Shown: one piece after another, positions 42,150 to 50,907 of the stretch
How the letters are laid out: the number at the start of each line of letters is the position of its first letter
Position numbering within the stretch: the stretch's first letter is position 1
IMG/VR virus record: IMGVR_UViG_3300023174_000034
DNA length: 64,000 bases
Origin: a virus
Taxonomy: Duplodnaviria; Heunggongvirae; Uroviricota; Caudoviricetes
Reading direction: 5' to 3' (one strand)
Made by a program: the position numbers and the translations under genes
The notes under the pieces: model-generated
What the model was told of the DNA's origin: nothing
Database searches by the model: none
What the model saw: the letters and a program-made list of their open reading frames with translations, nothing else

Positions 42150-42896
42150 TTGCAAAAGCTAAACAAGATCTATAGGGCCAATTACGGTGGTGAGCGTATC
42201 ACCACCGAGGCCGCTTTTCAAGGATCTGAATGGCTTTACAAGACCGAGTGGGTGCCTACCGCAGTAGCCAATAACCAACTCTCTAAAATTGCCACAATCA
42301 TCGGCAATGGTAGCTCAAGAAAAACATTTCCAACTAAATTACTCATGACGCACTTGGCCGGCCGGCTAGGTGCTAAAAGTATGCAGACCTACGCTTGTAA
42401 TGCCGCCTATCGCGACATTACTCCTACTTTCTTAGTAGCAGTCGGCAACGACATATGCGATGAAATAGCAGGTAGTGGCTATTGCGATAGGAACATTGTA
42501 TATGCCAATAGCGACAAGATCTTAAAATATCCAAATACTTTTTATCTAGTTCCGCAGGACTATGTGAGCAATGCAGGTAGTGTTGCCACATATCTAGCTT
42601 GTTTTGATGGCCATGAAAAAATCTATTTGCTAGGTTTTGATAACGGCGCAGGTGAATACTACAATAATAACATGTATGCTGACACCAATGGATATGCTGG
42701 CCTGCATCAAAACTACAGCGATGACTATTGGATCATGTCCATGGAACATATAATGACAACCTACAGCGAAGTAGAGTTTGTACGTGTAACATCCACGCCC
42801 AGCTACTCATGTCCGCCAACTTGGCAACGTCTGTCAAACTTTAGACAGATCAGTTTCAATGATTATATTATTGAAGCAGACCTAGGTGTGTGTTAA
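42150..42896 (+). CDS. CstII(GT42)/Maf-like glycosyltransferase-fold protein
   Basis: IIGNGSS...YACN...AGSVATYLACFDGHEKIYLLGFD parallels CstII IIAGNGPS...FRCN...SGVYMCAVAIALGYKEIYLSGID (recalled from memory); TTG start. Confidence 0.55.
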   Translation: MQKLNKIYRANYGGERITTEAAFQGSEWLYKTEWVPTAVANNQLSKIATIIGNGSSRKTFPTKLLMTHLAGRLGAKSMQTYACNAAYRDITPTFLVAVGNDICDEIAGSGYCDRNIVYANSDKILKYPNTFYLVPQDYVSNAGSVATYLACFDGHEKIYLLGFDNGAGEYYNNNMYADTNGYAGLHQNYSDDYWIMSMEHIMTTYSEVEFVRVTSTPSYSCPPTWQRLSNFRQISFNDYIIEADLGVC

Positions 42897-43321
42897 ATCA
42901 CTTGCTCTAGAGTTTTAATTTTATTAACCACAGCTTCAAATTTGAATGTGCGCCAAACGCCAGGATGCAATGGCTTTGGATATTTTTCTAACGGCACCCA
43001 GCAGTATCCATCGTGCTCGTGATTGAGTTCAGGAATGAACTCATGGTCAACTACGATATGAAACGTGTGGTAAACAAAGTTTTTGTTGTCGCTGGTAAAT
43101 TTTTCAATTGGGCGTATCTTGGCGTTAGCAATTTCACCACCTAGTTCTTCCAGGATTTCTCTGTGCAGAGCTTGGGTGACAGTTTCGCCTTTTTCTACTT
43201 TACCGCCTGCTAGGCCCCAGCTGTTTCGATAACGATTTGAATTGCGTAATAGAAAAAGATACCGATGGGTGTTTTTGCAATAAATCAACGCACCGCATCC
43301 TTCTAAAGTACTAGTCTCCAT
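42893..43321 (-). CDS. Nudix hydrolase
   Basis: Nudix box GGKVEKGETVTQALHREILEELG. Probable start is ATG 43321, overlapping the end of the upstream gene. Confidence 0.9.
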   Translation of the reverse strand: METSTLEGCGALIYCKNTHRYLFLLRNSNRYRNSWGLAGGKVEKGETVTQALHREILEELGGEIANAKIRPIEKFTSDNKNFVYHTFHIVVDHEFIPELNHEHDGYCWVPLEKYPKPLHPGVWRTFKFEAVVNKIKTLEQVI

Positions 43322-44715
43322 TGGCCTTCCCTGTATAACCCTTCGTAGCTCTTGACCCACTCACTGCCTGTCCATTTCAGCTGGACACCAGTTGCGGTAT
43401 TGGTTAGATATTTAATGCTAGTGATTGTTTGACTGGCAAATACCACTGTCCAGCGTGTGCCATCGTATTGTACTATATCATTGGCCTTGGCCACAAGAGG
43501 AAAACCATTGGGATTCCATGCTTTGGAGAAATCTGTATTTTCTATAGAGTCTATATCATCAAGTATCAGGAATCGCGTGCCGGCCAATGCAATGTAGTTG
43601 CCGTTGTTGTTGTATAACAAATCAATTACTGTGTTCTTGTGTGGATCAATCACAGCATCCACTGGACTTATGGTGTTGACTGGGGTGGTGTCGCTGATTG
43701 TGCTGAATAACAGTTTTGTATCATCGGTTGGATCATATGCCACAGTACCAACAATTTCGGCACCATCTTCCATTTCTAAACGTAGTTGGCTGGTACCATT
43801 TTGTAAAACGCCGTACTCATTGATCAAACTACGCCATACATCTTTGCCCTGCTCGTATAGTTCCACATCCGGAGAGCTGATGTCATTGCTCTTGACTGCC
43901 TCTTGATATTTGAGCAAACTAATTTTATTACCAATCAACACCACACCGTAGTTCATGATGGTTAAACTGCGTCGAATCAACAGCTTACCTGGATCAAAAA
44001 TGTTCTTGTCAATGTTACCATCTCCGTCGTACACGCTGGCAACAATACGTTGTATAACACCCATTTGCGTGATCTTGGCCGGCGGACTGATCCAAATTGG
44101 TAGCTCAAATGTTAGACTAGCAATGTCAATTGGATCCTCTGTGCCAACAGGCACACTACGACTGCTCCAGGTCATGTCTGTTAGTAACACAGCACTCAAG
44201 CTGGTCCAATCAACATAGTTGTCTGTGCTTTGTATTTCCAAGCTAGGATTAAACAGTGTAACAATCTGTTCAATCAGTTGCATCTTTTGCTCTGTATTGC
44301 TGGTCCAAATATCTAGTTTAAGAGTCAACAAGTATGGCACAGGCATCAGACGCTCAACAGTATACGTGTCACCTTGCTCGTGTGTTTGCATGCCAGTGGT
44401 TGGGTCATACAGGCGTTCACGAATGTTTACCTTGCCAACAAACGTAGGATCTTGCATACGTTGACGATCGTACTGCATGGCAGAAATATAAAACGCCATT
44501 GCAGGCACACTTTGCAAACTATTTTCGCTGTTGTTGTTAAGGATAGCGGCGGCCTGTCTGCTGGCGTCACCGTAAAATACCGGAACAGTTTGCAATGCCA
44601 ACTGCCCGGTGGCAGTATCAGTCTTACTGAACTGAACTTGAAAGTTACTGACCATACGACTAAACTGTAATAGGAAGCGGCGTATTTGTTGATCGTAGAA
44701 AAATTGAACAGCCAT
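43303..44715 (-). CDS. gp15: tail sheath stabiliser/terminator protein with C-terminal extension
   Basis: FFYDQQIRRFLLQF, PVPY.L...LDIW, QLIEQI..LFNP; downstream of the gp14-like gene. Confidence 0.75.
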   Translation of the reverse strand: MAVQFFYDQQIRRFLLQFSRMVSNFQVQFSKTDTATGQLALQTVPVFYGDASRQAAAILNNNSENSLQSVPAMAFYISAMQYDRQRMQDPTFVGKVNIRERLYDPTTGMQTHEQGDTYTVERLMPVPYLLTLKLDIWTSNTEQKMQLIEQIVTLFNPSLEIQSTDNYVDWTSLSAVLLTDMTWSSRSVPVGTEDPIDIASLTFELPIWISPPAKITQMGVIQRIVASVYDGDGNIDKNIFDPGKLLIRRSLTIMNYGVVLIGNKISLLKYQEAVKSNDISSPDVELYEQGKDVWRSLINEYGVLQNGTSQLRLEMEDGAEIVGTVAYDPTDDTKLLFSTISDTTPVNTISPVDAVIDPHKNTVIDLLYNNNGNYIALAGTRFLILDDIDSIENTDFSKAWNPNGFPLVAKANDIVQYDGTRWTVVFASQTITSIKYLTNTATGVQLKWTGSEWVKSYEGLYREGQWRLVL

Positions 44716-45905
44716 TAGTTGTCAGCCCTTAATGCTTTACTTAGACCTGTGCGCGAAGACACATTGCCTTGTGTGGTAGTGATGTTGCCTGTGTTATTTA
44801 CAAAAGTACTTAATTGTGTGTTATTGTCCACAGCACCTGGAGTCAAGTTAGTGCGTACACTGTCCTCGACCTTGACCCAACGACGACCATCGTAACGGAA
44901 CAAACGATTTGGCACATAGTCCAAGCGTAGGAAATAATCACCTGCTACTGATCCTAGTGGATACGCAATGCCCATGCCTACGTCTAATCCATTAGGAGCA
45001 AGTCCGTCGCCTGTCAAGTAACCTTGTATCTTTTTAGTAGGGGCAGCAATGCCGCCATCCGCTGTCAAGGTATCCGTAGCAACTGTTACATCGTCGGCAA
45101 CATTGGTACCATTGGGATCAGCAAGTGATCCGTCAGTGTTCAGTGGCACAGTATAAAACTTGCTGGTATCGTATCCAGATTTAGGAACTTCAATCTCGGC
45201 TTGTGCAATAACAGCTTCATTGATATCCAGGTATTTTTGGTAGGTACTGACAATAGATCCAATGCTTGGATTATCAGCACTTCCCACATTGCCTGCAAAC
45301 GGATCAGGGTTGGCACCCAACTTGTCCAGGATATCTTTGTATTCTTGACTGTCCACCAAGGGTTGCAATTTGCAACGCCATAAATGTGGGTACCATGTGG
45401 CACTGAACCCTTCTGCGGCACGAGTTGCTTCAGTAATGGTGTAAAATCTTTGTAATGCAAATGGCACGCTGTCATCCAATGAATCGTAGTCACGTAGGTG
45501 CATGAGTTCAACTACATCGCCGGCAACAATTTTTCGACCCAACAACTGTATCATGTCATTCAAATGAAACGTCATGAATGTTGTGCCCTGGGCTAGGAAA
45601 ATACCAAATTGACGCAAGTCAAAATCTTGGTCTGCTACCTGGTAGATGCCACGCATGGAATACACATCAGTATCGTACTTGCGATCACGGTTTTCTAAAA
45701 ACAACAAGTCTTGGATGTTCATCTCACTTTGGTTTTGGTATGCAGGCTTGGTAGCATCCGTACCATCATTTGCACTTGTATCCACGCCCAGGTACTTATG
45801 GACCAAAACACCAGTTCCGCCAATGGTGAACATTTCGCTTATACGTCGATCGATAAACTTATAGTCGCTACCGTGTTTTTCACGCCATAAACTCAAACGG
45901 GGCAT
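44715..45905 (-). CDS. neck protein, gp14-like
   Basis: DLLFLENRDRKY, LRQFGIF, GDVVEL, LWRCKL pattern and position next to gp15; TAAATA on - at 45925-45930. Confidence 0.65.
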   Translation of the reverse strand: MPRLSLWREKHGSDYKFIDRRISEMFTIGGTGVLVHKYLGVDTSANDGTDATKPAYQNQSEMNIQDLLFLENRDRKYDTDVYSMRGIYQVADQDFDLRQFGIFLAQGTTFMTFHLNDMIQLLGRKIVAGDVVELMHLRDYDSLDDSVPFALQRFYTITEATRAAEGFSATWYPHLWRCKLQPLVDSQEYKDILDKLGANPDPFAGNVGSADNPSIGSIVSTYQKYLDINEAVIAQAEIEVPKSGYDTSKFYTVPLNTDGSLADPNGTNVADDVTVATDTLTADGGIAAPTKKIQGYLTGDGLAPNGLDVGMGIAYPLGSVAGDYFLRLDYVPNRLFRYDGRRWVKVEDSVRTNLTPGAVDNNTQLSTFVNNTGNITTTQGNVSSRTGLSKALRADN

Positions 45906-45936
45906 TTTTGGATCCTCTTTGCAGTATTTACCTAGA

Positions 45937-45965
45937 TTGACAGACTGCCCAAACGGTGCTATAAT
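45937..45965 (+). promoter_or_regulatory. consensus sigma70 early promoter
   Basis: TTGACA-17 nt-TATAAT with extended -10 TG. Confidence 0.9.
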
Positions 45966-45971
45966 ACTCCT

Positions 45972-46241
45972 ATGCGTATAAAAACTTCCTTAGACTGGGC
46001 ACCTGTTAGTTCAGAGTTGCGTGACCAAATGCAAGTAGCGCCAACCAATTGCCGAAAAGATCTAGCCCGAATGATAGGCGGCGTCGAAAATCTAGTGCAT
46101 AAGCTGGGCAGTGAAGAAGTTGAGCTGAGACGCAACCGAAAAGAATCAAGCCTGCGGCAACAAGAGTTGCTGGCTCGTATAAACCAAAGTATTATAGAGT
46201 ACGAAAAATGGCTAATGTTAGCCCATTTACAACACGGTTGA
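45972..46241 (+). CDS. hypothetical early protein (probably leaderless mRNA)
   Basis: 89-aa helical ORF; ATG is 6 nt after TATAAT and there is no SD. Confidence 0.65.
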   Translation: MRIKTSLDWAPVSSELRDQMQVAPTNCRKDLARMIGGVENLVHKLGSEEVELRRNRKESSLRQQELLARINQSIIEYEKWLMLAHLQHG

Positions 46242-46266
46242 CAGCTTGTCCGTTTTATTGTATAAT
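46238..46266 (+). promoter_or_regulatory. consensus sigma70 early promoter
   Basis: TTGACA-17 nt-TATAAT. Confidence 0.9.
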
Positions 46267-46297
46267 TACTAGGTAATCAATAATCCAAGGAGCAAAC

Positions 46298-47530
46298 ATG
46301 GCCACAAAAACACCCGCAAAATCTGCACCTAAAAAAGCCAACACAGGCAAAACAGTTGCAGGCGTTAAAATTGCCAAAAAGAAAGTGACTGTACGCAGGG
46401 CGCACCTTGCAGATGAAAAGTACACAGGCGGTGAGCCACAGTGGGACACAGAACGAGCACTTGCAATGAGTGACGCTGATTTTGATCACAACCTGCGCCG
46501 TAGTTTCTATTACTACAACTATCACTTCTCAGTCAAAGATTTGAAGCCGGACTTTATTTCTTGGCTCCAAGAGCAAAAACACTTTGTGGTCACTAAATCC
46601 GATCTCAGCAAGGTTATCAAAAGCCGTTGGGTTCCTATCACAGCATGTAGCATCATTGCCGCACATGGCAAGGGCATGCCACTCAAGCCTCGTGCATTGC
46701 AGTATCTTGAAACAGCCACTCGTGATGTGGTTGAAAAATACACTGAGTACAACGAGGAAGATGATCAGCCTGTTGTGGCAGAAGACAAGCCCATTGTTAG
46801 ACAGCCTACTATCCAGGATCGGCTCAACGAAAAAACGTCAGCCACCATTGGTGAGCTAGAAGGTTACTTTGACGATGCAGTAACCAACGCTGGCACAGGC
46901 TTCAAGCCCTACGACTTCTTGGTTGCACAAAACGTTCCACAAGGACAGCTAGGTAAAATTGAAACGGCATTTGTAAAGACTCGTGCTGAATTTGAGTCAG
47001 CTCAAGCTCGGGAAGATGAGCAGTTGGTTGAAGGATACAAACACTTCAAAGCCGCTGACTACAAACGCATCTATGCTTGGTTTGATGAGTTGCAAAAAGC
47101 AGTGGATCAGTATCGTGGCGTGAAGAAAGCCACTAAGAAAGCTAGAGTTAAAAAGAGTCCAACCAAAGAAAAATTGGTTGCCAAGCTCAAGTACCTCAAG
47201 CAGGATCCTGCGTCCAAATTGATGAGTATAAACCCGCAGGATATTGTGGGTGCAACAGAGCTTTGGGTGTACAACACAAAAACACGTAAATTGGGCAAGT
47301 ATGTTCCGGGTGCGTACAAAACTGGATTGAGCGTGAAAGGCACAAGTATTCTGGACTTTGACGAAAGTAAAAGTGTGCAAAAAACACTTCGCAAGCCCGA
47401 ACAGCAACTGGCTGAGTTTATGAAAACAACCAAAGTGCAAATACGCAAGCACATGGAAAGTATCAAAACAACAGAAACCAAATTAAACGGACGTTGCAAT
47501 GAGGATACATTGTTGTTGCGTGTACTGTAA
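46298..47530 (+). CDS. hypothetical early protein, Lys-rich
   Basis: 410 aa, AAGGAG SD; C-terminal LWVYNTKTRKL...VKGT...KTLRKP...NGR.N resembles a family I recall from T4-like aquatic phages. Confidence 0.75.
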   Translation: MATKTPAKSAPKKANTGKTVAGVKIAKKKVTVRRAHLADEKYTGGEPQWDTERALAMSDADFDHNLRRSFYYYNYHFSVKDLKPDFISWLQEQKHFVVTKSDLSKVIKSRWVPITACSIIAAHGKGMPLKPRALQYLETATRDVVEKYTEYNEEDDQPVVAEDKPIVRQPTIQDRLNEKTSATIGELEGYFDDAVTNAGTGFKPYDFLVAQNVPQGQLGKIETAFVKTRAEFESAQAREDEQLVEGYKHFKAADYKRIYAWFDELQKAVDQYRGVKKATKKARVKKSPTKEKLVAKLKYLKQDPASKLMSINPQDIVGATELWVYNTKTRKLGKYVPGAYKTGLSVKGTSILDFDESKSVQKTLRKPEQQLAEFMKTTKVQIRKHMESIKTTETKLNGRCNEDTLLLRVL

Positions 47531-47543
47531 CAGACCCTAGTCC

Positions 47544-47581
47544 GATCCCCGTGTGCTAAATACAGCAACGGGGATTTTTTT
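47544..47581 (+). terminator. terminator-like hairpin with late promoter TAAATA in its loop and RBS in its 3' arm
   Basis: GATCCCCGT-G-TGCT-AAATAC-AGCA-ACGGGGATT-TTTTT followed by ATG. Confidence 0.75.
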
Positions 47582-48715
47582 ATGGCCACACTCAAGCCAG
47601 GGTTAAACAACAGGCAAGCAATCACAGTAGACAGCTTAGGCGGTCCGGGCCCAATTGCCTACGACGAAGATGTTGTTGATTCCAATGCCAAAAAACGAAA
47701 AGATATCCAAGACTATATTCGCCTACGACTAGGTGATGGCATGGTTGATGTTGAACTAGATCCTGCCCACTATCATGTGGCAATTGATAATGCACTAAAT
47801 CGATATCGTCAACGTGCAGGCAGTGCAGAAGAAGAAAGCTATGCGTTTCTTGAACTACTGCCCGAAACCCAAGAATACATATTGCCAAGTGAAATCATGA
47901 CTGTTAGGCAAGTGTTCCGCAGAGGTATTGGTAGTGTGACAGGCACAACAGCAAGCCAATTTGAACCATTTGCCAGCGGATACCTCAACACCTATATGTT
48001 ACAAGCAGGCCGAGTTGGTGGACTAGCCAACTACGAATTGTTTGCTTCTTACCAGAAACTGGCAATGACCATGTTTGGTGGGTACCTTAATTTTACATTC
48101 AATCCAGTGAGCAAAAGATTGGTCTTGGTCAGAAAAGTGCCCGATGCCGGTCACAGTTACAAACGTATGCAAAGTCTAAGTGCGTCAGGATTGGCCGCAG
48201 GCAGTACAATTACATTCACCTTGAGTGATCCATGGGATGCAGTTGTACCTGGTAGTTCTGTCAGCATTATCAATTGCCCCACCGCTGGCTACAACAATTA
48301 CTACACACTATTGACCAAGAGCAATGACGGTAGGACTTTTACTATGTTATCAGCTGGTACCCTTGGCGCCACAAGTGTAACAGGATTTGAACTGTCCAAG
48401 TGTAACATTTATAGTGCAGGCAATGATGATCCTGCTGAAACAGTATTGTTATGGCTTTATAACAAAAAACCAGACAGCATGTTGTTCAATGATGACAGGA
48501 TATATCCGTGGTTGCAGGACTATGCCTTGGCACTGGCCAAAGAAATGTTGGGCCAGGCACGTGAAAAGTTTGCACAAATTGCAGGCCCACAAGGTGGCAC
48601 ACAACTGAATGGTGCCGCACTCAAATCAGAGGCCAAGGCTGAAATGGAAGCACTTGAAGAAGAGCTCAAACGATTCATTGATGGTAGCCAGCCTTATACT
48701 TGGATTACAGGATAG
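47582..48715 (+). CDS. gp13: neck protein with an inserted domain
   Basis: YIRLRLG..MVDVEL, WLQDYALALAKEMLGQAR.KF, GG..LNG..L..EA..E.E.LEEEL. Confidence 0.85.
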   Translation: MATLKPGLNNRQAITVDSLGGPGPIAYDEDVVDSNAKKRKDIQDYIRLRLGDGMVDVELDPAHYHVAIDNALNRYRQRAGSAEEESYAFLELLPETQEYILPSEIMTVRQVFRRGIGSVTGTTASQFEPFASGYLNTYMLQAGRVGGLANYELFASYQKLAMTMFGGYLNFTFNPVSKRLVLVRKVPDAGHSYKRMQSLSASGLAAGSTITFTLSDPWDAVVPGSSVSIINCPTAGYNNYYTLLTKSNDGRTFTMLSAGTLGATSVTGFELSKCNIYSAGNDDPAETVLLWLYNKKPDSMLFNDDRIYPWLQDYALALAKEMLGQAREKFAQIAGPQGGTQLNGAALKSEAKAEMEALEEELKRFIDGSQPYTWITG

Positions 48716-48719
48716 AAAA

Positions 48720-49532
48720 ATGAAAGTAACTGAAATTGTTGTAGAAGAAAAAGTCCGTCTAGACCCCAAGTGCTGGACAGGCAAAAAAATTGGCAACCCC
48801 AAAACAAAAATGAAGGGTGGAGTACGAGTGAATAACTGTGTGCCCGCTGAGTCAGTAGAAGAAGCTGCCAATGCCGCACAACGAGCCGCTATTGCTGTGA
48901 ACATGAAAAAGGCAGGCAAGAAGCCAAAAAAAGTTGATGAAGGATTTAATCCCGAATACGATGACGAAGCAGGCATGGCAGACAACAACATTGAAACAAT
49001 GAAACGTGCTGTGGATGGACTAGATGGACTGATACACTCTGGCGATAACTTACCTGAGTGGTGCCAAGAAAAGATTGCAGTGGCAAAATCAATGTTGGTC
49101 ACTGTGTGGGACTATATGGCATCCGAAGAAGGCAATGAAGATCCAGAGATTGCAGAAATGTACGAAGCAATGGAAATGTTTGCTGAGGAAGTTGCAACCA
49201 ACACACGAACTAGTGTTGATGCAGTGTGGGAAACATTTGAAGCCATGGATGACCATGCTCTGTTTGAAACAGCGGCCTGGAGACGTAGTGCGGGCAAGAG
49301 CAAAAAGGGCGGCCTCAATGCCAAAGGTGTAGCAAGTTACCGCAGAGAGAACCCAGGTTCAAAACTGCAAATGGCAGTGACTACCAAACCTAGCAAACTC
49401 AAGCCAGGTAGTAAAGCCGCCAAGCGCCGCAAGAGTTTCTGTGCTAGAATGGGCGGAGTAAAAGGACCTATGAAGAAACCCAATGGCAAACCAACTCGCA
49501 AAGCTCTAGCACTAAGAAAATGGAACTGCTAA
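48720..49532 (+). CDS. modular internal head protein with C-terminal DUF6321-like domain
   Basis: Likely start MKVTEI at 48720; modules CWTGK..G..TKMKGG..VNNCV and AAW.R..GK...GGLNAKGVASYRRENPGSKL...RRKSFCARM...LRKWNC. Confidence 0.65.
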   Translation: MKVTEIVVEEKVRLDPKCWTGKKIGNPKTKMKGGVRVNNCVPAESVEEAANAAQRAAIAVNMKKAGKKPKKVDEGFNPEYDDEAGMADNNIETMKRAVDGLDGLIHSGDNLPEWCQEKIAVAKSMLVTVWDYMASEEGNEDPEIAEMYEAMEMFAEEVATNTRTSVDAVWETFEAMDDHALFETAAWRRSAGKSKKGGLNAKGVASYRRENPGSKLQMAVTTKPSKLKPGSKAAKRRKSFCARMGGVKGPMKKPNGKPTRKALALRKWNC

Positions 49533-49910
49533 ATGAAAATTAACGAAATCATCATGGAGATCAAAGCTGGCAAGGTGCCCGATGGCTACAAAGAAGCCAG
49601 CACCGGACTGCATACCTTTGGCGACAGTGAAAAAATGAACTCTGATTATGCACACTATCGCCTGGGTCTAGCACTGGCCTGTTCTGACGGTAAAGGCAAA
49701 ATTGACATGGATCCAAAAACGTTTTATGGCAAAAAACACACAGCACATCCATACACACAAGAAGAATCAGACATGCTAAAGCAAAGCTACAAGATGGTTG
49801 GTGCTAGCCATAGTGATTTGAACAAAGGCAACCTGCGAAGCCAAGAGCCCAAGGACACACACAAAGTTAGCCCGCATCCTGCCAAGAAAAAGAACAAATA
49901 CGGCGTTTGA
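49533..49910 (+). CDS. hypothetical protein, probable capsid-targeted internal protein
   Basis: MKINEIIME N-terminus resembles a T4-type capsid targeting sequence. Confidence 0.6.
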   Translation: MKINEIIMEIKAGKVPDGYKEASTGLHTFGDSEKMNSDYAHYRLGLALACSDGKGKIDMDPKTFYGKKHTAHPYTQEESDMLKQSYKMVGASHSDLNKGNLRSQEPKDTHKVSPHPAKKKNKYGV

Positions 49911-49935
49911 CATTTACCATTTAATTGTGTAAACT
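49907..49935 (+). promoter_or_regulatory. sigma70-type promoter for dNMP kinase
   Basis: TTGACA-17 nt-TAAACT. Confidence 0.7.
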
Positions 49936-49961
49936 AGCCTCTATACACTAGGGGCTTTTTT
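49936..49961 (+). terminator. terminator-like hairpin overlapping the RBS of dNMP kinase
   Basis: AGCCTCTA-TACAC-TAGGGGCT-TTTTT followed by ATG. Confidence 0.65.
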
Positions 49962-50642
49962 ATGATCATAGGCATTTGCGGTTTCATTGGCAGCGGCAAA
50001 GACACAGCCGCAGACTACTTGGTAGGTTTTCATGGCTTTAGACGCGACAGCTTTGCTGGCACTCTTAAAGATGCCGTAGCGGCAGTGTTCGGCTGGGACC
50101 GAGAACTGATTGAAGGACGCACACCAGAAGCTCGTGCCTGGCGCGAGCAAGTGGACACTTGGTGGGCAGAAAGATTGCAAATGCCACACTTGACGCCTCG
50201 CTGGATTTTACAACACTGGGGTACTGAGGTGTGCCGCCAACACTTCCATGACGATATTTGGATTGCCGCATTGCAGGCACGTCTTGCAAGACGCAGTGAT
50301 CACACTGTGATTAGTGATGTACGTTTTCCAAACGAGATCAAAGCTATCAAAGAACAAGGTGGTAAGATTGTATGGATACAACGTGGTGCATTACCCAGTT
50401 GGCATATTATGGCCGCTAAAGCAAATGCTGGAGATTTGTACGCACAAACCAAACTCAAAGAGCTAGGAGTTCATGCCAGCGAAACCAGCTGGGTTGGCAC
50501 AGACTTTGATGAAGTAATTGATAATAACCGTAGCATCGAAGATCTATACAATCAAATTAAAAATCTGGTACAATCCCCGCAGGCTTCCAAGGAAGACGTG
50601 ATTTCGTTATCATTGGTCGACAGTTTAAGCACACAGTCTTGA
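49962..50642 (+). CDS. gp1: deoxynucleoside monophosphate kinase
   Basis: IIGICGFIGSGKDTAA P-loop, FAGTLKD, TPRWILQHWGTE, ISDVRFPNE. Confidence 0.9.
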   Translation: MIIGICGFIGSGKDTAADYLVGFHGFRRDSFAGTLKDAVAAVFGWDRELIEGRTPEARAWREQVDTWWAERLQMPHLTPRWILQHWGTEVCRQHFHDDIWIAALQARLARRSDHTVISDVRFPNEIKAIKEQGGKIVWIQRGALPSWHIMAAKANAGDLYAQTKLKELGVHASETSWVGTDFDEVIDNNRSIEDLYNQIKNLVQSPQASKEDVISLSLVDSLSTQS

Positions 50643-50907
50643 GATTCAATCGATCGTTGTTGTTTAGACTACCATCCACATGGTACACTAACAACTGAGC
50701 TTCTGCTTCAGATTTGAACCCACAGCGATCACATGTGGGTTTTTTTCTATATCCGCTTTGATACCATGCTGGCGGCTTTACTTTGACCTTCTTGCCTTTT
50801 CGGGCACATGATCCACACACATTACGATAGTGGGTCTTTCCGTTGCGTATATAGTTAATAGCAACAGGGTTTTTATTGCACACAGGGCATAGTTTACGTT
50901 CACTCAT
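50557..50907 (-). CDS. Zn-finger / HNH-like protein
   Basis: Four CxxC pairs; C-terminal YHVDGSLNNN..LNLKTVCLNC HNH-like motif. Likely start is ATG 50907, just after TAAATA (50913-50918). Confidence 0.7.
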   Translation of the reverse strand: MSERKLCPVCNKNPVAINYIRNGKTHYRNVCGSCARKGKKVKVKPPAWYQSGYRKKPTCDRCGFKSEAEAQLLVYHVDGSLNNNDRLNLKTVCLNCRPMITKSRLPWKPAGIVPDF

